A stretch of 64,000 nt of DNA from Amoebophrya sp. A120. Its lineage: Eukaryota > Protista > Dinoflagellata. This document shows positions 24,818 through 37,273 of the stretch, one piece after another. A program made the translations under genes and the position numbers. The stretch lies in contig CAJINV010000020.1 of NCBI GenBank assembly GCA_905178155.1, forward strand, positions 434,001-498,000. The letters run 5' to 3'. Each line of letters starts with the position of its first letter. The first letter of the stretch is position 1. The notes under the pieces are model-generated. The model worked only from the letters and a program-made list of their open reading frames with translations, was not told the DNA's origin and ran no database searches.

Positions 24818-27319
24818 ATGACCGTTCCCAGCAAAGATGAAGTAGAGAACTACCCGTCCACGCCTCGTCGGGAGCTCCTGGCCTCCGGAGACTCGCGAGC
24901 GGTGGAGAACGCCCGGAAAGTGTACGATTGGGCGGTTGAGGTAGATGAGAAAAAACATCACCCCACCACGACCTTCCTGCAGACCACCGCCATTGGCCGG
25001 GCGCCTGGTCGGGTGGAGATTCTGGGGAACCACACGGACTATAACGATGGATTTGTGCTTTCCGCCGGGGTGCAGATGCAGTGCCGGGTGGTGATGGGCG
25101 TTATGGAAAGAACGCACGAAGCAGACAATTCTGTGTCGACATCCTCGTCCCCTCCGTGCGAACTCTCTGTCTACTCCGCTTCGTTTCCCGAACTCGGAAT
25201 AGCGACCTGCACGTTTTCCGACGTTTTTTCTCAGCCGTTTGAGAACCTCGGCCTTCCCGGCTACTGCAAGTACATTTGCGGGGTGTTTGTCGAGTTTTTC
25301 AGGAAAATAAACAGGAGCGAAAATAATAACTTGGTCGAAACTGCAAAATTGTTGAGCAAGAAAATCGCAAAAATCCAAGTCTACGTGGAGTCTGACGTTC
25401 CACTGGGGGCGGCGGTGAGCTCCTCTGCCGCACTCGAAGTTTCAACGGCGGTTGTACTGGAAAAGCTGTTTGCGAGTGCAGGGGAATCTAGGAGCATCGA
25501 TTTGTTTGAGAAGAGCAAGAAAATCAGCTCGGCGCCGGCCTTGACGGCTCTGGAGGTCATTCTTCTGTGCAAGAAAGCTGAAAATGACTATGTCGGGATG
25601 GGTTGTGGGATTTTGGACCAGTTTTCCTCGCACCAAGCAGCACAAGACACCTTGCTACTACTCGACTGCCGCTACCCCATGGAAAATTTGAAAAAGGTGC
25701 AATTATGCGATTTTTGATTCAGGACTATGTTTGATGTGTGAAACTGTTTCTTTTTGCTGCAAGACTGCAAAAATCTCTACGTCCCTCGGGCGGACTGCGT
25801 TGTGCTGTGGTAGGAAGACTAGCCTCCACATGGTAAAATAGTTCTGTGCCACCTCCTGCTGGATATAAAAGTGTCCAAGATGATATACGATTCCAACCTA
25901 AAATCAAAAACACCACTCTCTCACTTCAGATCAAACCCTCGGACGGCGGATTTGTGTTTGTGATCGCCAATACCGGAGTAAAGCTATCCTGAGTAAAAAT
26001 GTCCCCACACCAAAGTCAAGATGGGAAATCCGCTAGACAAATCCATAAGCTTTGGCTGTTTCGCATGACAAATTTGGACGCGTAGTGTAGTGCTGTTTGA
26101 GCTAGCTAAGCAGCATTACAGATCTAGTATCTCATGCTGATTGGCGCATTACAGATTTCCAAACCGCATTAGGAAATGCTTCTCATGGGGCTCCGCATGA
26201 GAAACATTTTAAGCATGCAGAGTAGCATGACAACTATGGTGTGGGTACGTTTTTACACAGGATAAAAGCACGCTCTTGTGGACGGCCAGTACGATAAACT
26301 GAAGCGACTCTGCTACGAGGGCCGCGATTCGCTGAAAAAAGCCATCGAGGAAGAGAACAAGCAGAACACGACGACCAGTATCCTTCACCTCCGCGACGTC
26401 TCTTCCGCGCAGTTCGAGAAGTTCAAGGAGAAAATTCCCACCAAGGAAGCCCGAGACCGAGCACAGCATGCCGTGTACGAAAATGAGAGGGTTTTGGAAG
26501 CGGCGAAACTGTTTGAAGAGGATGCCGAAGTAGAAAGCCGCAGTAAAAGCGAGCTGGACCACGCGTCCTCTCCGTCGAAAAGGCGAAAGCGCGGCGAAGT
26601 AGATGGGTCTCCATCGACGAAGTCTGTTTCCGTAAGCGACAAAATAAATAAACCTCTTCCAACTACCACCACATCCGCGGAAGAACTCCGCCTGAAGCGG
26701 TTCGGGCAGCTGATGCACGAGAGCCACAAGAGTTCGCAGTTTTTGTTTCAAAACAGCTGCGCGGAGCTGGACAAAATGGTGGAGCTGGCATTGACGTGCC
26801 CGGGCTGTCTCGGCGCGCGGCTGATGGGCGGGGGGTTCGGCGGCTGCACGATTAACTTAGTGCGGAAAGATATGGAAGCGTCAGGATCGAAATCGTCAAA
26901 GTTGAAATAGTTTGTCATGCATAAAATGCAATCCACGAAGTGCCTGCCTTGCAGAGTAGGCAAGGGAGGCAGATTGTAAGCCCGTTGCGGGGTAGAAATG
27001 GAGCTGCTAAAGTAGCATGACAAAAGGCGTCTCCCTTACCCAGACAGCATTGCAGACTGGATTTCGGCTCTACCCAAATTTGTCATGCACCGCTTGGAAA
27101 TTGGGCTTCCAGTCCCAACTGGTATCGATTTTATGCATTACAAGCTATTTCAACTTTGTCGATTTCAATCCTGACACCCCCATAAAAGACCAGGAGAAGC
27201 TATTCGTGGAGGAGCTGGGAAGGAAGTGGGCCGAGCTGGCGGAACCGTTTTCCAAGGGACAAAAACCGGTGATGACTACGGTCATGCCTGGTGTCGGGGC
27301 GGAAGCGAAGATCGTGTGA
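24818..27319 (+). CDS. GALK1: Galactokinase (GHMP family)
   Basis: Motifs RAPGRVEILGNHTDYNDGFVL, VPLGAAVSSSAALEV, GMGCGILDQF, NTGVK|HALVDGQY and GARLMGGGFGGCTINLV. Exons 24818-25696, 25930-25984, 26270-26870, 27190-27319. Confidence 0.92.
25985..26264. mobile_element. Introner element, family G
   Basis: TIR tatcctgagtaaaaatgtccccacacca / tggtgtgggtacgtttttacacaggata. Perfect DR aaagc. Confidence 0.92.
26871..27184. mobile_element. Introner element, family B (inverted relative to 18289)
   Basis: TIR tatggaagcgtcaggatcgaaatcgtcaaagttgaaa. Perfect DR aaaga. Confidence 0.92.
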
Positions 27320-28462
27320 TGGGCGAAGTTGCGTACGGAAAAGAAAATTTTGCGCCGTGCTGTAGTCGGGCTGTGATAGGATACTTACAACGAACCACGG
27401 AGTATTCCTGTGCCTGTCAATTACGGTGGGGGAACGGGAACATCTATTTTTCTGGACGAACGACTTCCTTGGACTTTCACTTTCTATAGTTTTTGGACAA
27501 ATGAACTTTTGAAAATTTTCTCCCCCCGGGAAGAGCCTTTCGAACGTACCTACCTACATACCTTCTTTCCATGACAGACTGTTATTTTTGCGCACTCCGT
27601 CAAAAGTCTGAACAAAGAGACCGCATTGCTCTGTGATCTTTCCACAGTTTTTCTTTCATGAAAGGCCCAGTGATCATGTGTAAAAGAAGATCAAACAGCA
27701 CTCCTTCAAGGCTGTGCTACCGATCGGTGTGAGACCCCCACAGCGCTTTGCGTTGGCATGCAACGAAGGCTTTAAGTAGTCGACTTTGTTCCACCGTCAT
27801 GCAGTCTCGGCATTTTCGTATCCAAAAAGATTGAATAAAGGCGTTGAAGGAGATCCAGAATTGATATACAAGGTTGTTTTGAAACCACCTCTCTGACCAG
27901 AGATTTATAGAAGTGGCACTTACAAGAACATGGTTCTATCCGAATCACAAGCCTGACCAAAGAAAAGATTCATATACTGGATCCGAACATCATAGGAACT
28001 ATGTTGAAACTTCGTTTTGCAATTTTCGCAGCGACACCACAGCTGCGGATGGCCTAGTTCATTTTGTGTCAACATTGTCGCTCGTACCTCTAGCTCTACC
28101 GAAACCCTGATACTTTACCTACACCTTTGAATTACGGTAGTAGAGACACCGAAGAGTGCTGGAGGTTTTACCTTACTATCTCAGAACCCCAACTCCACCG
28201 TAGACCTCAAGGCATCACGCCCAATATGAGAATGGAAACGGCACCACCTCCTCCATCGGAGGTTCGCAAGAAGTAGGTCTACTTATTGCGGCTTGCTTTC
28301 TGATCCGGAAGGGTGAGCTTTTGATGATTAGCGGGGGCCACAAGGTGGTCTGCTAGCTAGGCTCGTAGTGAATTAATTCTAAAAATAGTCGTACATCATC
28401 AAGAAAAAGAACAGTGCAGAGTTTCAGACGACACGCGATACTTAAAGCGTCGAAACGTCACC

Positions 28463-31353
28463 ATGGGCGGCAACAATGCGGCCACTCTGGTCTCGAACCG
28501 CGGTGTCGTTCTGGCCGGTAACAACACCAGTAGCTACAACGGCACCAAGTCCGTGCAGCTGAAGCGACCCCGCTCTCCTTCGCCGATGGAGATCCGCACG
28601 AACTTCGAGAACAGAAAGGAGTTCAAGAGTGAGAGGAACAACAATAGTACCAACGCCGCGATGTTGCAGCGAGGTATTAATAATAACTCTCATTCAGGCG
28701 GCGCAAACTTTTCCTCTACCAGCAACGGGCACCAGCATCCAGCGGCTGCGAGCGCGAACAATGCGGCGCTGAACAGCAAAAATAAAAATGGGGCGGGCAC
28801 TAGTACTTTTTACAACGAAAGGACTTCCAACGGGTCGCCGACGACCTCAGACTCGCCCGACGGGCAAGAAGACAGCTACAACCACCAACATTCTGGCGGC
28901 GGTTATCTCAGAAAATAATCCTGTGTTAGTCTAGGTGTCTTGGGGTGACAGCATGATAAATTAATTATCTGCTCTGGTGCATGACAGGGAAATAAGCCTG
29001 TCTCTCGCACCTATTTTTACGTGAAAACATCACATATGAAATTAATAGGACCACTTCATGGCTGGCTAGCACGACAAGTGTAACTACTGTGTTGCATGCT
29101 TTGCATCTTGACAGACCTACACTTACACAGAAGTTTTCTTCTTGCATAGTGGTGTAACTACAACCATATTAAGAGGAAAAATCCCCCCTCCCCATATCGA
29201 AAAGGTATGTTTCCGGAAATTTGTGTTGCTGATTTGCGACCTCAAATCACGTCTGTCTTGCAAGAAGGCAACTCCACAAGCTCCGCAGCATTGTGCAGGC
29301 GGTTTGTGATGCTGATGGGCCTACAGCACGGACGTTTCTCATGCTACACGCCTAGGTCAGAGCCTCTCTACTTAGGCTTAGCATGGGGCTGCATTCCTCT
29401 CCAGCAAGACAAATCTTATTTGTGTACGCAAATCCTGCATCAGAAACTTCGTTTTGATATGGGGAGGGGGGATTTTTCCTTTTGATAAACCAGCGCGGGT
29501 GGACATCACCAGGAAAACGTGGACGACGCGCTCGTGGCCCGGTATCAAAGTGAAAAAAGTCCCCTCCCCATATCACAACGAAGTTTTCATGCTGGATTTC
29601 CGTACACAAATTAGATCTGTCTTGCGGTGGAGGACCGCAGGCGGATGCCAAGTATGACTCGATAGGCTTTGACCTAGGCGCCCAGCATGACAGAAGTCTG
29701 CTCTGTAGGCCTCACAGCATTACAAATCGCCTGTACAATGCGGCGGACTCTCTGTATTTGCCTTCTTGCAAGACAAATCGGATCTGTGGCCACAAGTCTG
29801 CAGCACAGATTTTCAAAAAGATGCCTTTTCAATATGGGGAGGGGTGATTTTTCCTCACAATACCCGGCTTCCGCCGGTGACGGAGGAGGAGCGGAAGGCG
29901 CGGGACGATCTGGCGGAGGTTATTAAAAAGCAGGAGCAACTGAAGAAACAGTTGAAAAAACTCGATTCGGACGAGCAGTTTTTGCAGAAGAAGGTCGCGG
30001 ACTTCGAAAAAAAGCGGGAAGAGATGTTTCAGCGGGAACTGAAGCGGGTGGCGGAGTACAAGCAGAAATTGTACGAGAGGAAGCGGCACCAGGACCGCAA
30101 GGCCCGGGGGACGCTGGCGGTGTTCGACCGCGTGAACGAAATGGAGGACGTGAACACGAAATTTTTCCGTCAGGACTGCACGCACGTCGCCATGCAGAAC
30201 ACGGGGGCGGTCTTCGTGTACGAAAACGGGTCAAAATTGAACTTCACGAGCGGTTTGTCAGAAATGCTGAAGAAGAAACTCGCGCCCTACGCGTCCAATG
30301 CGACCACTCCCGCGGCCAAGGGACAGAAGGTCGCGGTGGTCTTGTATGAGAGTGCACAACTATTCCCCCTCCCCCTCATTTGTACTATGGCATGAACTGC
30401 AATACAAACACCAGCGCGCGTGGAGTCTATGCGTGACGAATCTATGTGCCTAAAAATATAGTGCTGTTTGGGCTTCCGGATGAATTTGTCATGCCAACAG
30501 TGCCACAAGGCAGCGACTGGAATTGTGGATTTCGCATGAGAAATGAGAACGACGGGGAGTTTTGCAATGTCATATTTTGTCCGAGAATAACAAAAATTCT
30601 TTAGTGAAGCCATCCAAGCCCGGCGGCGTGCAATTACTGAACAAAAAGGAATCGGCGATGAACCAGCTCTCGAATAACGCAAAGCCGGTCCAGTTAAAGA
30701 AGCCGGACCAAGTTGCTGGGCATCCTCAGAACAAGATCGTGACCACGCGCAGTAGAACCAATAACAATGCCGAGGGTGCAGTTGAAAGTGGTGGCGTCGC
30801 GGTGGATCTAGTGGAAAATAACAACAACAGCAAGAAGCAGGAGGAGCAACAAAAGCATTTGATCTACATTTCCACGGGGTCGCACGACCGGTGCTACCTG
30901 GAGTTTTCCGACGGGGAGCTGTTTTGCCACGGCCCCGATCAGCTGCAGAAATTAGTCAAGGAAGCGGCGGCGGGGCACTACAAGACCAACCTGAAGTGCG
31001 TCGCCTTCGGGGCCAGCTGGGAGACCTTTGTGGCGGTGTTCGAGGACGGGACCTGGGAGGTCGGGGGGTCGGACCTCCCGAAGCAGTTCAAGGAAAAAAT
31101 GTTTGCGCAGGGTCCCGCCGGGCCCGCGTCCCTCGTCCGGGGGCAGCGGACCGTGAAGCACGTTTCGCTCGGACCCAGAAACGAGTGGTTCATCGAGTTT
31201 GTGGACGCCGAGTGCTGGTGGGGCGGCGTCCGCGAGCACCTGCTGGAGCAGTTTCAGGACTACAAAGCCTCGAAGGTGAAGCGGATCCTGTTCGGGGACA
31301 AGGGGAGTTACTGCGTCCGATATGAACCCTTTCACGAGAGCGGCAGTGGGTGA
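28463..31353 (+). CDS. Hypothetical protein: Asn-rich N-terminus, coiled coil, C-terminal beta-type repeats
   Basis: Exons 28463-28903, 29154-29166, 29493-29542, 29868-30344 and 30580-31353 join in frame after removal of four IEs. An upstream exon is possible. Confidence 0.75.
28904..29148. mobile_element. Introner element, family D-like
   Basis: TAT...ATA with imperfect TIR. DR gcggt/gtggt. Confidence 0.82.
29167..29487. mobile_element. Introner element, family C
   Basis: TIR ...ggaaaaatcccccctccccatatc. Perfect DR aacca. Confidence 0.92.
29543..29862. mobile_element. Introner element, family C (opposite orientation)
   Basis: TIR ...cccctccccatat. Perfect DR cccgg. Confidence 0.92.
30345..30574. 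mobile_element. Introner element (diverged)
   Basis: Ends tatgagagtgcacaac / gttttgcaatgtcata. DR tcttg/ttttg. Splice VVL|SENN. Confidence 0.8.
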
Positions 31354-32183
31354 GGAAAATAGTACACTGCTTTTCGGTGGTGAGTAAGAAGTTGCTAGTA
31401 TGAGCAAAGCACCAGGAATTATCGAGTTGAAGTTCTTGGGGAAACAGCACAAGTTGTCGCCTCCTTTCAAAGCATGGACTTGCTGAATCAATGGAAAAAG
31501 TAAAAGGTGTAGTAGGGAGGAGGATCCAGCAGATACGGCCCTCGCATGATGATCGAGGGAAATAAAGAACCGCAAAAGCCCGCGACTTCAACATGTAGTT
31601 GTAAAAGTTTTCAACGTGACTGAGAAGATTCCACCCTGATAGTTTTGCTCTCTGCTGGTAGGATCACTTCATTGTCAAAATGAAAATTCTTCCATAAGTG
31701 TTGTGCTCACTTTTTGCCATCGTGTGAAGAATCGTTCTTGTCTGTGGTTCGCTGATACTTTGTCTGTAGTCTTGTACTTGTGTGAACGGTCATTTGTGAT
31801 CATCCTTCTTCTGGGTTTTTCGCGCATTTCCTTTGTTACTGCTCCTGCCAGGTGTCTTTCTTGATGCATGCCTCAGCACGCAGCTTGCTTGGGATGGATT
31901 ACGCCTGTAGCTGTAAATTCACATTCTAAAGAAGAAGTTTGATTTGGACAATTTTTTATTCCACTTGCATAGTAGGATGAGCTGCCAAGAACGACCATGG
32001 GGCACGGCTCAATTTTTGCAGGACTGTGACGAGAAATATTGATATTTAAGTATTGGTATTCTATTCGACCGTCAAAGTTTTGCAACTACAGCCCTCTCAT
32101 CGGCCGGTCGTGTTCGTAAGATATGTGTTTGACTTTGATGTTCTTGTGAAATATTGAGTTCATCAATCTTTACAGAAAAAAAG

Positions 32184-35100
32184 ATGACCCGCCCGACTGT
32201 AGCGGTAGCGAGTCTTCGTAGGCCGTGTCGTCCCTCAGGGTTCTTTCTTGGTTTGCTCGGTTTTCTTCACCCAACGTTGCTCGTGCGTGCTTTTGTCTAC
32301 GAATTCCAGAAGGACCCCGTGCCCCTCGCGTCCAGCTACTGGATCCTCGGCCAGGTCTATCATGAGAAAAAAGTGTTACAGTTACACATTTGTTGGAGTT
32401 TCTGCATCACAAATTTTCTCTGTATAGCAGAGAAAACTTGTAATGCGAAGATCATAAGGGAAAACAGGAAGGAAACGAGGCCCCCAAGCATTTCCTGCAT
32501 GAGAGAGGTTGTCTGTGTTGCCGGTCTTGCAACACAATGTGTAACTGTAACACTTTTTTCTTGCGATAAGGTCTCGATCTCGAACCTGCATGTGACGGAC
32601 AAGGAGCGCCCGCAAATCGTTTTCAACGCCAAGACCTCGGTCGACAATGCGGCCGCACTGGACACGATCACCGCGAAATTGCCAAACGTGCAAATTGGAT
32701 TCGCGCCGGACTACGTCTTTACCAAAATGGATGACAAAAACAAATTTTGCTGTGCGGATTCGGACGGCTGCGAAAAGGGAGCGGGCACTTTTTCCCTGTC
32801 CAGCGCCAAGCGTAATAAACTTTGGTGATTTACAACCGAGAAAACACATCCATATTCAACATCTTGCTACTTGCTTTACGTTTTTACCTCGTATCTAGGC
32901 CACCACTGGCTTCTAATCTACACATTGCTATAAAAAAAACGGGTAAGAATGCTGGTTGGAAGATGAAAATCGACGAATCTTTTTACCCTAAATCATCAAG
33001 CGATCACAAGTCGAATCAAATCGCGCAGATGCTGGCACGAGCACCATCTATTCTGCCTCGTTGAAGGAGCCCGCGCCGATCACTTTCAATCCAGTGGGCG
33101 GCAACTACTTTCTATGGATTGCGAACTGCGGAGATTCTCCTCTCGCTGGGCTCAAGGTGTCCGGGGAGGTAAAGGTGCGTCAGAGCTACGGCTTCGTCCG
33201 ACCAGAGGAGCTAATTTGCAAGAATATCGCATTTTACTGGGGTACTTATGTTTTTTTTTCATTTTCAATTTTTGTGCATGGAGTTGTAGGTACCGTACCC
33301 GCGACGGCCGCCCGCGCTCTTTGTTGACGCAGCTGCCGTAAAAGTAATCAATGCATTATCAACAAGGTCTCCTCGCGCTCGCTTTCGCCGCTCTGTACGG
33401 GTGCCAGGTTTGCTTCCTGTCCAGTAGTATCAAATGCAAAAATGTCTGGGTCTGGAAGATTGCCAGGTTTGTCATGCGTGTTTTGAATGATCCATGATGT
33501 CTGTGATGCATGCCATAGCATCACATATTTTTAGAGGACTTTATGTTGCCTCTACCGCATGAGAAATGCCCATGCCCTCTCCGCGTAGCACAAACTGGAG
33601 TCCCCCTGCTGGTCATGCAATACAAATTTTTTTAGAATCCAGCGACAGCATTACAAGCTTAGAATCTTCCAGACCCAGACACTTTTACATTTGATAAGTA
33701 GCGTGAAGGAAGGGAAGGGAGTGAAATATTGTCTCCTCACTGCGGTGGCTTTGTCCGCGCTGCGGCTGTATGCATTGCAAATATGTCGTCTGGAAACTTG
33801 TGTTGCTGATACTCGCATCGCAGAGTAGCCGCTTCTACGGCTTAAGAGCATCAGAAGTTTTTCAGGTCTGTAGCGGATTCATGATCCGTATTAGACGCAT
33901 GACAAACTACTGAGTTTCAGCTGCGTGCATCACAGATCTTGGTGTCCTTCACATCTTCCATTACAAATTTAGACCCAGATAACATATTTGCAATGCATAT
34001 GCTACTCGGAGGCTCCTCGTTGTATTATTCCTCCTGGAACGCCACGGGCATCGAGGGCAGCGGGGGCACCCCCTACAGCATCTTTATCAAGTGCAAATAT
34101 GTCTGGGTCTGGAAGAATGCAAGGCTTGTCATGCTTGTCTGGCATGACCCATGATGCTTGTAATGCATGGCCCAGCATCACAGATTTTTGGAAGGCTTCC
34201 TGATGCCATTTTTGCATGACAAATGCCCTCCTCGCGTAGCACAAATGTGGCTTCTCTTGCTGGTCATGCAATACAGATTTTTTTAGACTCCAAAGTTAGC
34301 ATCACAAGTTCCAACTTTCCAGACCCCGACATTTTTGCATTTGATAATCTTGGCGGCGCTGCAAATTTGCGCCAGCATGACCCTGTACGAGTTCCTCGCG
34401 TCGCAGCACCACCTATGCATTGCAAATACGTCTGGGTCTGGAAGAGTCCGGGTTTGTCATGCTAAGTCTGATCGACGCATGAATCTGTATTGCGTGACCA
34501 ACAAAAGTCTCTACTTTTGGTTACCAGGAGGCGGCATTTCTCATGCGGATTTAGCATTGAGGAGCCTTCTCAAAACTTGTGATGCTAGAGCCCACATTCC
34601 AGACCTTCAGGGTCATGCGAAGGCTGCATGACAAACGTTGCACCTTCCAGACCCAGACATATTTGCAATGCATACCACCTGACGGCGTACAACAGCATTA
34701 CGGAGTCCTCTGCCAATATCAAAAGAAAAAAGTTCGTCACGATCACTCATGGGCATTTTTACAATACAAAATTGTCTGTCATGCGTAAAAATGCATGATC
34801 ACAGCCACACTTCATAAGGGATTTCCCTAGTGTTTCTGCAATACAAGGAGAAGTTGTGATGCTAACAAAATTTGTAATGCAAAACGTGTAACTTAGTGAC
34901 TGTGACAAACTTTTTTCTCTCCATAGCCAAAGGAGACGCAATCATGGTGGCCGGCGGGAGGGCAACAACCACGCTGCAAGAGTATAATCGGAATTGGAAT
35001 AAAGTTTTTTAAGAAGGCTACGAACCTCGAAAATTTACATATTAAACCGAGTAGCGTATCATGATCCGCGAGGGCCAGGAGCTGCTGCAGCACACCGCAC

Positions 35101-37273
35101 ACCTAATTGTTGCCCCGAGCACTCGTGCAATGCAAATTTACTGCCGGAAATGACATGTTGAAATACTTAGTAAAAATGTGAGCAACCCTGCGCCATAGCC
35201 ATACGGGGATTTTTACACTGGTCAGGAACATCAGCAATTTAAGTACGCGCTATAATTTCTTGATCTGTACGTCGGCTACAAGCTATACCCACACGACGAG
35301 CGGGTTGTCACTGTCAGTGAGCTTGTTGGAAAAACCAGGTGGCTGCTCCTTACGATTGCGAACGTGGGACTGTTCGTGAGTATGATGTTCATGTTTCTGG
35401 GGATCATGAAGGTCGAGAACAGACTATCCAAGAAAAAAACTGTGTTAGTGTAACTTTCTTTGGCTGACAGCATCACAAATATGCTCTACATGACAGAGAA
35501 AACCTGTCATGCGTGGCTCGTAAGGGAAAACACACACGAATAGAGGACTTCATGGCTGTCTGGCATGACAGGTGTGCCTCTGTTGCATTTTCTGCATCAC
35601 AGAGTTACACTTACACAGTTTTTTTCTTGCATACCGCCCGCCGGCGTCTTTTTTCGTGGCCGCAACCGATCCGGCGCAGATTGCGGGCGGCGGCACAGTA
35701 TCCATTGCAAAAGTATCGTACAACTAGTAGAAGTCGCATGACAAATTTCCGTAGCATCAGCAATGGAATTTGTCATGGGGATCCACCTCAGCAAAGAGAT
35801 TTGTGTTGCATGCCTGCAATTAGTACGAGTAGGATAGTTTTGCAATTCATACACAGCGGACGGGACGCTGTTCTTGGGACTCGAGAAAACGGACTGGGTC
35901 GTGCTGGCGATACTACTGATCGTGATTTACCCGGTAAGTACAAGAAAGTAGATTAGGCGGACTGTTCGTAATATGCACCTAAACAGGGTAAAAGTGCTGG
36001 GATCATGGGATGATGTCTTTGTGGTGCTGAACCCTTGAAAATTTTTGTGATGCCGAAATTCTCCTGATACAACTTCTAGGTAATGGTTTTTGTCGAGCGC
36101 AAGGAGGGGGTGATAGTAAACGACTTTACGACCAAAATCTTTTGGCCCGTGCGCAGGCTGCTGCTGACGCTGTTTAGTTGCGTCGTATTGCTGCAGATGA
36201 TTCTGCAGTACGTGGCCGCGACGCTGGTGATATGGACTGCAAGTCTTTATTTATGTTGCCTGGGTCTGGAGGATTGCAAGATTTGATACGTTGCCGTTGG
36301 GTGGTTGTTTGGTTGGGTAGTTGTGTTTGCGAGGTTTATCTTTCTTGTCTGACACTGACACATGACTCCGAGTTCTGTCTCTGTGATGCATGAGCGGCAC
36401 GAGTAGATCATCTTGCCTGTTATGCAAAAACGCCGTGTGCCGCTGCCGTGGCACGCGAAATACGCGATCCATTCCAGGTCAAGAAAATTGTCATGTTTGG
36501 CGGGGGCGTACTTTAGCTCGCCAATCATCTTACTTACTTTCATTGACTAGCATTACAACAATCGTTTCCCGAGGACCCAGGTCGACGATAAAAATATTTG
36601 CACGTTCGATATGTGACCGAGGCCTCGGGTGGCATCGTTGCAGCGGAATTGGAGGCGTCCGTGCGGTGTGCGTCACTCGAGTTGGCGGTCCTGTGCAGCT
36701 ACTTCTGCATTGCACACTACCTCTCTGCATGGGACTCTATGACGCAGGGCTCCAACTACAGTATTGTCAGCGAAAAGGACCTCGAGATGGCACAGGTGGA
36801 CAATGCGGATGAGGATATTGACGCAGAAGTAGAAATATCAAGTGCAAAAATGTCTTGGGCTGGAAGGTTGGAGCTTGTAGTGCTAGCTTTGCATACCTAA
36901 GAAATCTGTATTGCATAACCAACAAAAGTTGCAGCCTCTTTTGTACATGCAAGCACGCAGTTTCTCATGCGGGTTGCCTATGAGAAAGCCTTCTGGAAAG
37001 TTGTCATGCTAAGTTGCATTCGAAACTGTCTCCATCATCCACGTTTTAGCATCACAAGCTTCCAGGCCCAGACATATCTGCATTTCATAAGAAAATTACG
37101 ACCCCGACGAACTTGCGGAGAAGAGACAGCTAGAATTATGCCGCGCAAAAGTATCGTACTCGTACAAATGCAAGTCTTGCATTAGTATTACAAATTTTAT
37201 TTCTCATGCTGAGGAAATCGAAATTTGTAATGCATTTATACGAGTGCGTTAGTTTTGCAATGCATAAGAATAA
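32184..37273 (+). CDS. GOST/TMEM87-GPR107-like seven-transmembrane protein
   Basis: Signal peptide, lumenal domain ending GNYFLWIANC...GEVKVRQSYGFV, multiple TM segments and an acidic tail. Eleven IEs plus GT-AG introns (32812-33028, 33242-33366, 35934-36079). Segment ~34983-35260 unresolved. Confidence 0.65.
32358..32568. mobile_element. Introner element, family D
   Basis: TIR ...agaaaaaagtgttacagttacacatt. Perfect DR aggtc. Confidence 0.9.
33428..33696. mobile_element. Introner element, family A
   Basis: Family A TIR. Perfect DR agtag. Confidence 0.92.
33769..33999. mobile_element. Introner element, family A (diverged)
   Basis: TIR tatgcattgcaaatatgt. DR ggctg/tgcta. Confidence 0.85.
34085..34346. 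mobile_element. Introner element, family A
   Basis: Family A TIR. Perfect DR atctt. Confidence 0.92.
34414..34674. mobile_element. Introner element, family A
   Basis: Family A TIR. Perfect DR ccacc. Confidence 0.92.
34717..34925. mobile_element. Introner element, family D
   Basis: TIR ...agaaaaaagttcgtcac. Perfect DR gccaa. Confidence 0.9.
35425..35633. mobile_element. Introner element, family D
   Basis: TIR tatccaagaaaaaaactgtgttagtgtaact. DR cagac/ccgcc. Confidence 0.88.
35699..35851. mobile_element. Introner element, family F
   Basis: TIR tatccattgcaaaagtatc. Perfect DR cacag. Confidence 0.88.
36231..36611. mobile_element. Introner element, family A (diverged)
   Basis: Degenerate TIR with ctgggtc core. 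DR ggtga/tgtga. Frame restored. Confidence 0.8.
36836..37089. mobile_element. Introner element, family A
   Basis: Family A-like TIR. Perfect DR agaaa. Confidence 0.9.
37137..37266. mobile_element. Introner element, family F (130 bp)
   Basis: TIR tatgccgcgcaaaagt / agttttgcaatgcata. Perfect DR agaat. Splits the stop codon. Confidence 0.85.

Noticed and set aside
17354-27319. CDPK and galactokinase as transposon-disrupted pseudogenes
   Set aside because: Catalytic motifs are intact and every insertion is removable by one precise rule, with no other lesions.
34983-35260. An additional IE in the 7TM gene
   Set aside because: No matching TIR pair or frame-restoring DR was found. Left unresolved.
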